Shown one piece after another: positions 39,165-52,845 of a stretch of 64,000 nt of DNA. A model generated the notes under the pieces. It did not search any database. It was not told the DNA's origin and saw only the letters and a list, made by a program, of their open reading frames with translations. Source of the stretch: Octopus vulgaris (taxonomy: Eukaryota); assembly GCA_951406725.2 (NCBI GenBank), contig OX597822.1, positions 75,082,001-75,146,000 on the forward strand. The letters are read 5' to 3'. Numbering within the stretch: the first letter of the stretch is position 1; each line of letters begins with the position of its first letter. The position numbers and the translations under genes were made by a program.

Positions 39165-42047
39165 GAGACCAAATGGCGTATAAGAGCGAAAGAGAGAAGA
39201 TTAATTCTTGTTCACGGCGCAAACGGGAATCCGGATGGCCTCTGTGTAAGGACAAACCGAACACAGATAGGTGTTGCAAGGAGTGACCGGTGGAGCGGAA
39301 ATGGCGTGAGACCGGTGTGTCGTTCGCAAGGTGGATGTCACGAAGGTGTTCCGCGAACCGGTCAGCCAAGCGGCGTCCCGTTTGTCCGATGTACAAGGAA
39401 TTGCAGAGAGAGCAAGAGATGCAATAGATAATATTGCTGGAGGTGCAGGTGAAGGAGTGGATGATGGGATAGGGTCGATGGTGGGTGCTAGTGAGGCGGG
39501 TGGTGTTGGAGAGGTAAGGGCAAGTGCGGCAACGTGGGCGGGAGCAGGGGAACGAGCCGGGTTGGGAGGTAGGGTTAGGGAAGGAGCTATGGACCAAAAG
39601 GTCTCGAAGGTTGTGGGCTCGTTTGAAAGAGGGGAGGGGTCGGTTAGGGAAGAGGTGTGAAGTGGACGGGTCGGACTGGAGATGACGGAAAGCTCGAAGA
39701 ATGGTGCGTTGGAGACGTAGGGTCGTGGGGTGGTAAGTGAGGGGAAAAGGGAGGCGGGAGACTACAGGGCGGGTTCGGGGAGAGAGAGCAGATACACGGT
39801 CCACGGACCGTGCTCTGGCAAGGGCGGTGTGGATAGTGGTGAGGGGGTATCCACGAAGGGTGAAGTGGTGAGCCATACGTTGAGACTGAGTCTCAAAGTC
39901 ATGGTCGTCACTACAGAGCCTACGTAGACGGAGGAATTGGGAATAGGGGATGGAAAGCTTGGTGTGTTCTGGGTGGGAGGAAGAGAAGTTGAGGTATGAG
40001 TGTGAGTCTGTGTGTTTGTAGTGAATGGAGGTGGTAAGAGTGGAGTGAAGAATGCTAACCGAAATGTCGAGGAAGGAGACAGAGGTGTTGGAGATAGTGG
40101 AAGTGAAGTGGAGGGCTGGATGGAAAGATTGGACGAAAGAGAGGAAGGAATCTAGATGTTCGCGGGAGAGTGAGGTGGCACCGATAATGTCGTTAATGTA
40201 ACGACTATATAGTTCAGGAGTGGGACCAGTGAAATTAGAGAATATTTGGGCCTCAACATAGCCAACGAACAGGTTCGCATAGTTGGGGCCCATTGGCGCT
40301 CCCATGGCCACTCCCGAGACCTGATGGTAGAACTCGCCCGCGAACGAGAAGCAGTTCAGAGTAAGGACAAGTTCGGCCAGACGAATGAGTGTGGAGGTGT
40401 CAGGTACAGGGTTAGAGCGGAGGTCAAGAAAGTGTCGAAGGGCCTGCAGTCCTTCGTGGTGAGGGATAACAGTATAGAGGCTTTGGATGTCCATAGTAAA
40501 AAGGATTTTGGAGGAGCCGGGAGGAAAGGAGAAAGAGTTGAAAAGCCGGAGAGCATGGTTGGTATCGTGGATGTGGGAGGGAAGAGATGCCACTAGGGGG
40601 GCAAGGACACGGTCGAGGTATTTAGAGATGAGCTCCGTGGGGCAGTTACAGGCGGAGACGATGGGGCGGCCAGGGTTGTTGGGTTTGTGGATTTAGGGGA
40701 GGAAGTAAATGGTGGAGGTACGTGGGGTTCGCACAATTAGGTTGGATGCGGTGCGGGGGAACGGGAGGACGAGATGAGGTCGTGGACAGTAGAGGATACC
40801 GTCTGTTGGTAGCTACGTGTGGGGTTAGAGGGCAGAGGGGAATAGAAGGAGGTGTCATTGAGTTGGCGGAAAGCCTCGGCCCTATAGAGGTCCGCGCGCC
40901 ACACCACTACAGCTCCACCCTTGTCAGCCGGTTTGATGATAATGTCAGCGCGCCGTTGGAGGGAACGAAGAGCCAAGAGCTCAGCCGGGGAGATGTTGAG
41001 GCGGCGTTGGCGCCTGGAGAAATTGAACCGCTCCAATGCACGCTGACAAGCGCCCGCGAAAAGATCCACTGCTAGGATCTGGCCAGGGGCAGGCGTCCAC
41101 GGGGGTGGTCGGCGGCCCAGGCCAGTGAAGCAGTCCTCTTCGTTGGGTGTGGGTGGCGAGTCGTGGTAATGCGCACCCAACCGGACACGGCGCACAAAGC
41201 TGTGGACATCAACTCGCGTCTGGAATTCCTTACAGGATGGAGTGAGGGGGATGAAACGCAGACCCCTACCAAGGACGGAGCGTTCAGCCGCAGAGAGGGG
41301 AAGATCGGGGGGAATGGTAACAACAGACGGAAGTGGAGAAGGGGTGGGTGGAATAGAAGTAGGAGGGGTGGTAGGTCTCGTGGAGGTCTGAGGGGGAGGG
41401 ATTGGAGAGGTGTGTGTGGGGGGTGGTTAGGCGGGGCAGTAGGGTTAGGTGTAGGTGGATGGAGCCTATCGGGAGGGGAGAAGGGGTTGTAGGGAGGGGC
41501 AGTGGGGTTAGGTGTGGGTGGATGGAGCCTATCGGGAGGGGAGAAGGGTGGTGGAGGAGTTGGGGTAGTGGCGTCGGGTAGGGTGGAATGGAAGAGTGAT
41601 TGGAGTTTACGAAGTTTGGTATCAGAAAGAAATTGATGGAAGAGTTGATTCAAATGGATAATGAAGCGTAGCGTGTTTGGAGCATAGAGAGGCGGCAGAG
41701 AGGAGAAGAAGGTGGAGAAAGCAGGAGGAAGAAGGCGGTTGATGGCATGTAGTTTGGAGAGATTGGAGCGAATGGTGGCCCGCATAAGGCGGTAAGATGT
41801 GGTGCGGAGTATGGGTAAGATGGAAGAATCCGAGTGGAGAGCAGGGTGGAAGTGGAGGCGGAAACCTTTAGGGATGAGTCGGTGATGTAGGCAGCGGCTT
41901 AGGAAAGAGACATGGCTAGAGAAGCGGGTTTTTAAAAAGAAGTAGAGAGAGATTAACGGACGGCTGAAGGCAATATACAGGAAGCGAACGTAGATGATCC
42001 TTCAAACGGTGATGGAGGGTGAGGAGGTAGGACCTAGGATCCGGCAT
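39165..42047 (-). pseudogene. PLE polyprotein (RT, Zn finger, GIY-YIG), frameshifted
   Basis: IPKGFRL, IIIKPADKGGAVVV, LPKIHK..PGRPIVS, TMDIQSLYT.IPH, GVAMG, YIND, FLD, CSRPRCRTC, IIYCISCSLC..LYIGQT..L..RF.EH; split across several ORFs. Confidence 0.92.
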
Positions 42048-42772
42048 GATGGGATAGCGGAAAAAAAACGTTTGAAAAAACAAAAAAAAAAACAAAAAAA
42101 AAAAATTATCGCATGAAAAAAATAGAAAAAAAGGATAGCGAAACAAGGGGAAAAAACAAACGTTCAAAAAAACAAAAAAATAATAATCGTATGAAAAAAC
42201 TAGATAAGTAAGCGATAGGGGCAGAAAAGACGGGGCAAACGGAAAAGGGAAAGAAAGAAGGGACGCAGAGAGAGGGGGAGGCAAAAAAAAGGGGGGTGCA
42301 GGCAGAGGAAACGGAGTATGGACATCCAGAGAGGGAAGAAAGACGGAGAGGAGAACAAATATGCAAGAAAATGTGGAAAGCATGAAATGAATGTACAAAA
42401 AGTGGTAATATAAGAGAAAATAAAAATACAACAAACGGGACAGTTTATGCGAACAAGTTCAAGGTTGAAAGTTCAAGGTGAGAAATGTGTAGACGTCGTG
42501 GTATATTTTTTAAGGATTTCACATCAATGCAAAGTCACTTTGATAAGCGAAAGAGAGGTGCAGCCAATGGTAAGAATCCAAGAGGTAAAGAAAATCCAAG
42601 GTAGAGGTAAGTGTTGATAGTGGTATTGGTAGAATATAGGATGAAAGTGAGACCACGTGAGCGCATAATATATAACGGGAAGCTTTATGAAAATAGACAA
42701 AAGACGAAGGCAGGTGGAAAACAAACGAACAATTGTATTAGTATGGCGCTCAGGAAATATAAATAAAACAAG

Positions 42773-42810
42773 TCTTTAACGTTTCGAGCCTACGCTCTTC
42801 AACAGAAAGA
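42773..42810 (-). ncRNA. Minimal hammerhead motif in the 5' pseudo-LTR
   Basis: TCTTT-CTGTTGA-A-GAGC(GTAG)GCTC-GAAA-CG-TT-AAAGA; perfect 5-bp stem I. Confidence 0.75.
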
Positions 42811-44091
42811 TACACAGAGAGAAAAAAAACACAGAAAGAAGGAGAGAAAAAAATGCGTGCAGTAGCTAACGAATCAACATGGCGATCTGATTTCGGCCAG
42901 AGGCCAAAGATCAAACATGAGACGCGAGAGCGAAATAAGGGGAGATAATAGGGTTGATAATAGGGTTGAAGGACTAGCTAATAGTGCGTAGGAGGGGTCT
43001 GGACGTGTGTATGTATAGGGTTGGTGTATGTATTAGTATGCATAAGGGTGTGTGTGTGTGTGTGTGTGTGTGTATGAGAAAGTATTAGTGCGTAGGATTG
43101 GTCTGGACGTGCGTATGTATGGGGTTGGTGTATGTATTAGTATGTATTAGTATGTATTAGTACGTATTAGTATGTATAAGTGTGTGTGTGTGTGTATGAG
43201 AGAGTATAAGTGCGTATGCGGGGTCTGGACGTGTGTATGTATAGGGTTGGTGTATGTATTAGTATGTATTAGTATGTATTAGTACGTATTAGTATGTATT
43301 AGTTGGTGTATGTATTAGTATGGCACATCGTATATGATGTGTAAAGTCGTGTGGTGTAGTGAGAAGAAGAGGGGGAGGGGGAGAAGAGGGGGAGAAGGGG
43401 AGGGGAAGAAGAGGGGGAGGAGAGGGGGAGTAGAGGGGGGAAGAGGAGAGGATAGGGGAGAGAGAGGAGGGGGAGAAGGAAGGGGAGGAGGGGGAGGAAG
43501 GAGGAAAGAGGGAGAGGGGGAGAGAGAAGGGGAGAGAGGGAGTGAGGGAGCAGAGGCAAGGAGAAGAGGGAAGAAGGGAGGGAGAAAGAGGGAAGAAGGG
43601 AAGGGGAGTAGGGGTGAAAGGATGAAGGACTGAAGAAGTAGGGGTCGGGGGGAAAGGATAGGTGAGGAGGGGGAGAAGTTGAGACCAAATGGCGTATAAG
43701 AGCGAAGAGAGAAGATTAATTCTTGTTCACGGCGCAAACGGGAATCCGGATGGCCTCTGTGTAAGGACAAACCGAACACAGATAGGTGTTGCAAGGAGTG
43801 ACCGGTGGAGCGGAAATGGCGTAAGACCGGTGTGTCGTTCGCAAGGTGGATGTCACGAAGGTGTTCCGCGAACCGGTCAGCCAAGCGGCGTCCCGTTTGT
43901 CCGATGTACAAGGAATTGCAGAGAGAGCAAGAGATGCAATAGATAATATTGCTGGAGGTGCAGGTGAAGGAGTGGATGATGGGATAGGGTCGATGGTGGG
44001 TGCTAGTGAGGCGGGTGGTGTTGGAGAGGTAAGGGCAAGTGCGGCAACGTGGGCGGGAGCAGGGGAACGAGCCGGGTTGGGAGGTAGGGTC

Positions 44092-44159
<68 letters not shown>

Positions 44160-44323
44160 AGGCGCAGGAGTGGCTGTGTGATTGCTAACCAATCACATGG
44201 TTCCGGGTTCAGTCCCACTGCGTGACATCTTGGGCAAGTGTCTTCTACTATAGCTCCAGGCCGCCCAATGCCTTGTGCGTGGGTTTGGTAGACGGAAACT
44301 GAAAGAAGCCTGTCGTATATATG

Positions 44324-44374
<51 letters not shown>

Positions 44375-44590
44375 ATGTGTATGTGTTTGTATGTCTGTGT
44401 TTGTCCCCAACATCGCTTGACAACCGATGCTGGTGTGTTTACGTCCCCGTAACTTAGCGGTTCGGCAAAAGAGACCAATAGAATAAGTTACTAGGCTTAC
44501 AAAGAATAAGTCCTGGGGTCGATTTGCTCGACTAAAAAGGTGGTGCTCCAGCATGGCCACAGTCAAAAGTAAAAGAGTAAAAGAGTAAAA
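44160..44590 (+). mobile_element. SINE family A
   Basis: Consensus match. Confidence 0.9.
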
Positions 44591-45299
44591 GAGAGTATGC
44601 GTAGCTGAAAGATCGGACATACTTTTTCGGTCCAAAAAATGCAAGCATATGGACAGGATTCTTTTGTAGAAATGGGGGATACCATATTTCCGTCTTCTTT
44701 TCTTTTACTTAGTTTACCTTAGGACAGCGCTTAAAATTGTTGGTCTGTACGTACATACATGGTGTCTATCAATTCGTATGCAAATATGACCATCGCTGAT
44801 AAAATTATCTTATCCTAGATGTTAAAGACAATCACTATCAGCAATGTCTGTGCTAAAGCTGAAAATCAACAACAGCTTGCATAACATCGCCAAGACTTTT
44901 TCCCACAAACCCATATATTTCAGAAACAAGCAACATCTCCGACTTTGCAATGAAGGGGTTATTTAAGAATTCCCTTCTTCGAGAGAGGTGCCTAAACAAA
45001 GACTAAGAGTTTCACTCCCAACTGTTGGATGGCTGTTGAATACACTGAGTTCATCCGTCCTTTGATGTTTTGCTTTTCGTCCTGTAAATAGTCCAACAAG
45101 GACTACCTTCTTTCATGCGTACGCTCGGTACGGTCATCAGTTTAGCCGTCGAAGACCCCAAAATGGGACCGCTTGTATTGGATTACTTGCTACAAGCAGT
45201 GACCTGACATGCAAATACATACATACATACATGCATACATACATACATACATACAACTACATACATACAAATACATACATGCATACATACATACATACA

Positions 45300-45388
<89 letters not shown>

Positions 45389-45599
45389 GTACATGCATAC
45401 ATAGAAAGCTAATCCAAAAAATAGATTCAAACAATCAAAGGAGCTGTCAAAATCTGTAAAACTTTCCAGAAGTTTAGCATTTAAGTATATATACGCATGT
45501 CTAGACATGCAACTATATGCATGAAAATACATACAGAAAGCAAACATACAAACCTGCACGTGCACTGACACCAGATGCTGCACATATACACACAATTTT

Positions 45600-45852
45600 A
45601 GTTGTTTTCGTCATTAGACTGCGGCCATGCTGGGGCATCACCTTGAATAATTTTTAGTCAAATGAATCGACCCTATTGCTTATTTTGTTCATATACACAT
45701 TCGTGATTCCACCTAATTTCAATCCAAGGAATTCACTCGCAACGTATTTGTCACTCCAAGCTATAGAAGAAGACACTTGCCCAAGGTGCCAAGCAGTGGG
45801 ACTGAAACCGGAACCATGTGGTTGCAGAGCGAGCTTCATAACCACACAGCCA
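45600..45852 (-). mobile_element. SINE family A-related short variant
   Basis: Family A head and extreme tail with a different middle. Confidence 0.7.
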
Positions 45853-45979
45853 TTTGTTTTTCTCTTTGGTGACCTATGACGAAGATTTTACAACTTCGAG
45901 TTGATAATAACGACGTATAGCACATTTTCGTTATTGTAACTTCTTTTATTTGTCCACTTGTACATATAGGTTTCACATT

Positions 45980-46170
45980 TTGGCACAAGGCCAGCAATTT
46001 TGAAGGGAGAGGCTAAGTCAATTACATCGACCCCAGTGCTCAACTGCTACTTATTTTATTGACCCCGAAAGGATAAAAGGCAAGGTCGACCCCCGTGGTA
46101 TTTGAACTCCGAACGTAAAGACAGACGAAATGCCGCTAAGAATTTTGCCCGGCGCAGTAAAGATTCTTCA
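45980..46170 (-). mobile_element. SINE family B
   Basis: Reverse family B core. Confidence 0.8.
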
Positions 46171-46663
46171 AGCTTTTGTCTCCTTGTACATATTGGAAGA
46201 CAAACAGGGTTGAGTTATATATTTCCTAGAACAATTTATTTTCATTGGTTGCAGTATAATTTCATATTTGAAAGTAGCCTATTGGCTGACCTAGACACTT
46301 CCACGAGCAACCGAACAACGTACTATCTCATCCCCCATTTTTCTTACACATGTGGATTTTACCCTGCCCATTTATATTAGATTCTAGATAAAGCTTCATG
46401 CAGCGTAATATCCAGCCCCTAACCTTTTCAAACTTCCAGAACACGCCTCTTACAACATTGTTCAAACCTGAGGCTGTAACGAACCCAAACATACCCTCCC
46501 GTTCATACGCTTTGAAAGAGGGTATTTTCACTCGAAATATTATTAGTTTATTAAAGAGAGATGTGAGTGTATATGTATACATACGGACATATATATATAT
46601 ATATATACATATATATGTAAAGATATATATATACATATTTGTGTGTATATATATATATATATA

Positions 46664-46716
<53 letters not shown>

Positions 46717-46752
46717 TGCGTACATACATATATAAACTCATATACACACATT

Positions 46753-46798
<46 letters not shown>

Positions 46799-46862
46799 CA
46801 TATGCATTTCTTCATACATAGAAATATACATATATGTAAATATATACATACATCGAGACATG

Positions 46863-46913
<51 letters not shown>

Positions 46914-46954
46914 TATATGCATATCAATCTATCTGTCTATATATATAATGTATA

Positions 46955-46985
<31 letters not shown>

Positions 46986-47002
46986 TGCGTGTGTGTGTTT
47001 GC

Positions 47003-47044
<42 letters not shown>

Positions 47045-47720
47045 CATATTCATATTGCTTGCGTTTGCATAAATGCCAAAGTGCACAATGAAAACCTGTT
47101 AATAGACGTAGTGGTGCCAAATATTGCCTATTTTTGCCAAATAAATCAACACCAACACCGCTTATCCGCTTTTCCATCGAAAAAAATATTAAAATGTTCA
47201 TTGAGGACGCTCTTAGTGCATGATATAATCTATTTTATCAAAGAGCTGTCACTTTCGAGGACTTCTTTGCTATGATAGTCTTCAACGAAGCACCAAATAT
47301 AAATTGTCATTTAATATTATTTCGTCTAACTTATCAATGGTAGTGATCCACTCCAAGCTAAATTTACGAGATAATATTATTTAATATTAAATATCATATT
47401 TGCTTTTAGTATCTTTACCCGTTTGTGATAAGCGCTGTTACGTTCTGTAAACACGTGTAATACATTACATAATATGCAATATAATATAATATAATATATG
47501 ATATAATATAATATAATATAATATAATATAATATAATATGATATGATATGATATAATATCGCCTATTTTTGTTCGATCACTGTCAGTATAACGAAACACC
47601 GGTATACAAAAATATGTAGCTTGAATGTAGCTTGTAAAATGATAGAATGATTTCATATTTGTTAATACCTGAAGGATTATTGCAAGGAACTTGCCATCAA
47701 GATTTTTCGGATCATATACA

Positions 47721-47751
<31 letters not shown>

Positions 47752-47756
47752 GTATT

Positions 47757-47968
47757 CTTTTTTTATTCTTTTATTTTTCAGTCATTTGACTGCAGCCATT
47801 TTGGAGCACCGCCTTTTAGTCGAGCAAATCGACCCCAGGACTTATATTCTTTGTAAGCCTAATACTTGTTCTATCGGTCTTTTGCCGAACCACTAAGTTA
47901 CGGGGGCTGTAAACACACTTGCATCGGTTGTCAAGCGATGTTGGAGGGACAAACGCAGGCACACAAAC
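47757..47968 (-). mobile_element. SINE family A tail half
   Basis: Consensus match. Confidence 0.85.
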
Positions 47969-48227
47969 ATATATATATATATATATATAACAATTTAGGA
48001 GTGACCCTTCAATTATAGGTATATAGAAATTTATACCATATGTATATCTAAATATATAAATATATAGGATGTATGTATTCGTCCACCAGATATATCACAC
48101 CGCCAAGTATATAATTCATATATATATATATACGATATCGTATTATAAATATAAATTACATATATATATATATATCTATATATATGTATGTATATATATA
48201 TATATATATATATATACATGCATATAT

Positions 48228-48715
<488 letters not shown>

Positions 48716-48718
48716 GAC

Positions 48719-48793
<75 letters not shown>

Positions 48794-48907
48794 GTTAATA
48801 TGAATTATACCATAGAATAAGCGTTCTGAATGTTTTAATATTTTGTCATAGAAAAAATATTCCAGCTCACTGAAGAGTAGTGTTTGATTCATTCGAAACC
48901 TTCTTAT

Positions 48908-48945
<38 letters not shown>

Positions 48946-49158
48946 ATATATATATATTATCTTTAATTAATTCCTATTGGACTCTACAATGAAAGAGTCC
49001 AAAGAGGCTCACCAAAAGCCTATATACAGATATGAATATGCGCACGAGCAGAAAGATATGCGCTTGGCCTAAATTTTGTATGGTTTCTTTTCTTGTTTCT
49101 TCTGTTGGGTTTCTGACTCTGGTGGAGAGAAGAAGGATAAAACAGGAAGAAGTCGGGG

Positions 49159-49232
<74 letters not shown>

Positions 49233-49303
49233 GGGGAGAAAATAAGAGATGGGTGATCAATGAATGTCGGGGGTGGGGAAACTCAAATATTTACGTGCGT
49301 GCA

Positions 49304-49340
<37 letters not shown>

Positions 49341-49668
49341 ATAGTGGATGGTGGTTAAGTGTGTGGTGGTGTTATTTTCGTAGGTTTTTTTAAACAGAAT
49401 CTCTTTTGTGACAACAGATATAAAGTTCATGAATCTGTGTGTGTGTGTGTGCAACAGTCGTTCTTACAATACAATACTTCAAGCTGACACATGCGCAAAT
49501 ACACACATATACGTACATACGTACACACACGCATCCATACACACATACATACACACACGCACGCCTATATATACATATAAATATATATATATATATATAC
49601 ATACATACACATATACACAACAGGCATATACTCAAATACATTTGTATGCAAATATATGCATCATACCC

Positions 49669-49669
<1 letters not shown>

Positions 49670-49725
<56 letters not shown>

Positions 49726-49837
49726 TCTCTTCCTCCTCCTTCTCTTCCTCCTCCTCTTCCTCCTCTTCCTCCTCCTCCTCCTCCTCCTACTACTACTACT
49801 ACTACTACTACTACTCCTCCTCCTCCTCCTCCTCCTC

Positions 49838-49900
<63 letters not shown>
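49670..49900. repeat. (CCT)n/(CTA)n microsatellite
   Basis: Directly visible. Confidence 0.95.
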
Positions 49901-50279
49901 GAAATAATGATCTCCTGATTATCTGGCTTTCCAAATTCTTAACTATGGCATTAGTGTTATATTTTCACTATGATGACATCACATTTCATTGCACCATAAT
50001 AAACTTGTTGACATTTCAGAGCAATCGCTCATAACGCGAAACATATCTTTCACACCAGCGTTACTAAATCGACATTTATTATCACATTAGCAAGATTTAC
50101 TGACAGCATCATACCTTTTAATTACGGGATGCTTTATGCCTCTTCTCTGGTTCAGAGATATAAAATAAAAACGCTGATGACGGGAAAGACAACGTTATTT
50201 CATCACTTCGAAGAAAATGCTGACATAACAGTCGATGGTCGAGAATTCAGGTGCTCTCCCTATCTACGACAACAATACC

Positions 50280-50505
50280 TATTTCTTTACTACCCACAAG
50301 GGGCTAAACACAGAGGGGTTCAAACAAGGACAGACAAACGGATTAAGTCGATTACATCAACCCCAGTGGTACTTAATTTATCGACCCCGAAAGGATGAAA
50401 GGCAAAGTCGACCTCGGCGGAATTTGAACTCAGAACGTAACGTCAGACGAAATACGGCTACGCATTTCGCCCGGCGTGCTAACGATTCTGCCAGCCCGCC
50501 GCCCC
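50280..50505 (-). mobile_element. SINE family B
   Basis: Reverse consensus match. Confidence 0.88.
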
Positions 50506-50560
50506 TTAACAATACCTGTTAACTACACGCTTTACATGCACACATACGTACATACATTCA

Positions 50561-50753
50561 TACATTATTTACATTATTTACATTTGACGGATATTTTTCC
50601 TCATCTTGGTTTGTTGTTAACACAACTTTTCGGCTGGTATACCCTCCAGCCTTCTTCAGTCGAAACGTTGTGTTAACAACAAACAAGATGAAGACAAATA
50701 TCCGTCAAATGTAAATAATGTGCATAATTCCTCATCTCTTAAATATAGAACTA
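50561..50753. mobile_element. Family H minimal fold-back copy
   Basis: Two inverted arms joined inside the hammerhead at about 50657; CTGAAGA on minus, GAAACGTTGTGTT on plus. Confidence 0.75.
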
Positions 50754-50808
50754 TGATACATACATACGTACGTGCGTACGTACATACATAAGTGCATGTA
50801 TGCACACA

Positions 50809-50850
<42 letters not shown>

Positions 50851-51557
50851 TAGTTAAATAAGATTTGGGTAAAATCTAGTAGAATGCTATGCAAAGCTCG
50901 TCCACACTGATGTTATCATACATGGAAATGCTCTAGCTACAGGATATATATACATCATCAGTTTACTGCAGGTATACAAACGTGTCGAAACAATTGTAGT
51001 GATTTTAGATAAAAAAATTTTCATTCCGTTTTTCTTTAGTTTTTCCTTCCTTCATCCCTTCCTGCCTGCCTATCTAACTATCTGTCTGTCTGTGTGTCTG
51101 TGTGTCTATCGATCTAGCTAGTCAGCTAGATATCCATTTCTCTCTCTCTCCCTCTCTCTGTATGTATGTATAGACACACATATACAAACACACACACATT
51201 TATATATAATTTTTGGCTTGTTTCTGTCATTGGATTGCGATCAGCTGGGACACTGCCTTCAGGGGTGAAGTCGAACAAACCGACACAAGTACTTATTTTC
51301 AAGTCAGGTGATCTCTTCTGTCGAAACTCGAAGTTACGAGGACGAAACAAACCAGCTCCGGTTGCCAAATGGGGAAAGGACGTACATATGTGTGTATGTG
51401 TGTGTACGTGTATGTCTGTCTTTGTGTGTGCGCGCCCGTGTGTACGGGTATGTGCATGTGTGTGTGTGTGTGTGTGTGTGTGTCTGCGTGTAGTAAAAAA
51501 ATAAACACGGAAAATAAGTTATTGCTATTTCAACTCTTTCTTTACAGTTGTTTCAAT

Positions 51558-51845
51558 AGGCGTAGGAGTGGCTGTGTGGTAAGTAGCTTGCTTACCAACC
51601 ACATGGTTCCGGGTTCAGTCCCACTGCGTGGCACCTTCAGCCTCGGGCCTACCAATGCCTTGTGAGTGGATTTTGTAATATGTGTATGTGTTTTTCCTAT
51701 GTTTTTCCCCCCAACATCGCTTGACAACCGATGCTGGTGTTTTTATGTCCCCGTAACTTATCGGTTCGGTAAAAGAGACCGATTGTTCGACTAAAGGCGG
51801 TGCTCCAGCATGGCCACAGTCAAATGACTGAAACAAGTAAAAGAG
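51558..51845 (+). mobile_element. SINE family A, internally deleted
   Basis: Consensus match with deletions. Confidence 0.88.
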
Positions 51846-52258
51846 AGGGAGATTAAAGAGTCTCTCTCAGATCATTTCATCAGATCATTATATCAAAATA
51901 TAAGAACAGATTGCAAATACTTCCCTTATATATCAAAACGCTTTGTACAAACATAGTACAAATAAGAGAAACTAAATTAAAGCTACATAACTGTATAGCT
52001 GCGTGGTTAAGAACCTCGCTGTGTAACCACGTGGTTTTGAGTTCAATCTCACGGCACGACACTTTGGTACAGTGTCTTCTACTATAACCGCAGGCAAACT
52101 CATAATACCTTATGAGTGAATTTCATGGATGGAAACTGTGTGGAATCCCGACGAATATACATATATCATCATCATCATCATCGTCATCATCATCATCATC
52201 ATTTAACGTCGGTTGTCCATGCTGGCATGGGCTGGAGAAATATCTATCTATCTATATG

Positions 52259-52325
<67 letters not shown>

Positions 52326-52792
52326 TATGTGTGTGTGTGTGTGTGGCTAGCTTCGTCGTAGTCCAATGATGGAAAAACATGAAAAATAAAAACATGAAAA
52401 GAGAGATCACGCAGTTAGAGGTTTATCATTTTCGCCTGGCTTTTGGACTTTTATTTGCTCAACATGAACCATGGAGCATGAATTTCTCTCCTTTTTCCAT
52501 TAAGATTCCCGAAGTTCTTGCAGAAAGAACATAGACTCTACCCATTTATCTCCTAATTAAGTCATAATATTAAATGATAGATTAATTACTTAATATAACA
52601 ATATTTGATCTATATTTGAAATGTCAAACAAAAGCAATACGGTTCATAATTTTTGGCTGGTAATGTGATTAGCATTGATTGAAAAGTTGTTTACAGGGTT
52701 TATTTATATGTAGCGCACACACACAGACAGAGGCATACGCTTATACGCACGCGTATGTTTCGTGATATAAATATAAAAATAGAACTTTAAAC

Positions 52793-52842
<50 letters not shown>

Positions 52843-52845
<3 letters not shown>

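Larger units (their letters stand above)
38159..44091 (-). mobile_element. Penelope-like retroelement (Neptune-like), partial tandem with pseudo-LTRs
   Basis: Direct repeat 38159-39576 vs 42676-44090; RT plus GIY-YIG ORF; (TA)n at both ends. Confidence 0.95.

Noticed and set aside
42050-42670. Intron in the PLE leader
   Set aside because: Pyrimidine-rich on the sense strand but no convincing AG acceptor before the ATG
45101-45150. CTGATGA..CGTAC/GTACG..GAAA on the minus strand
   Set aside because: Three extra nucleotides before GAAA and no stem III; geometry is not hammerhead-compatible
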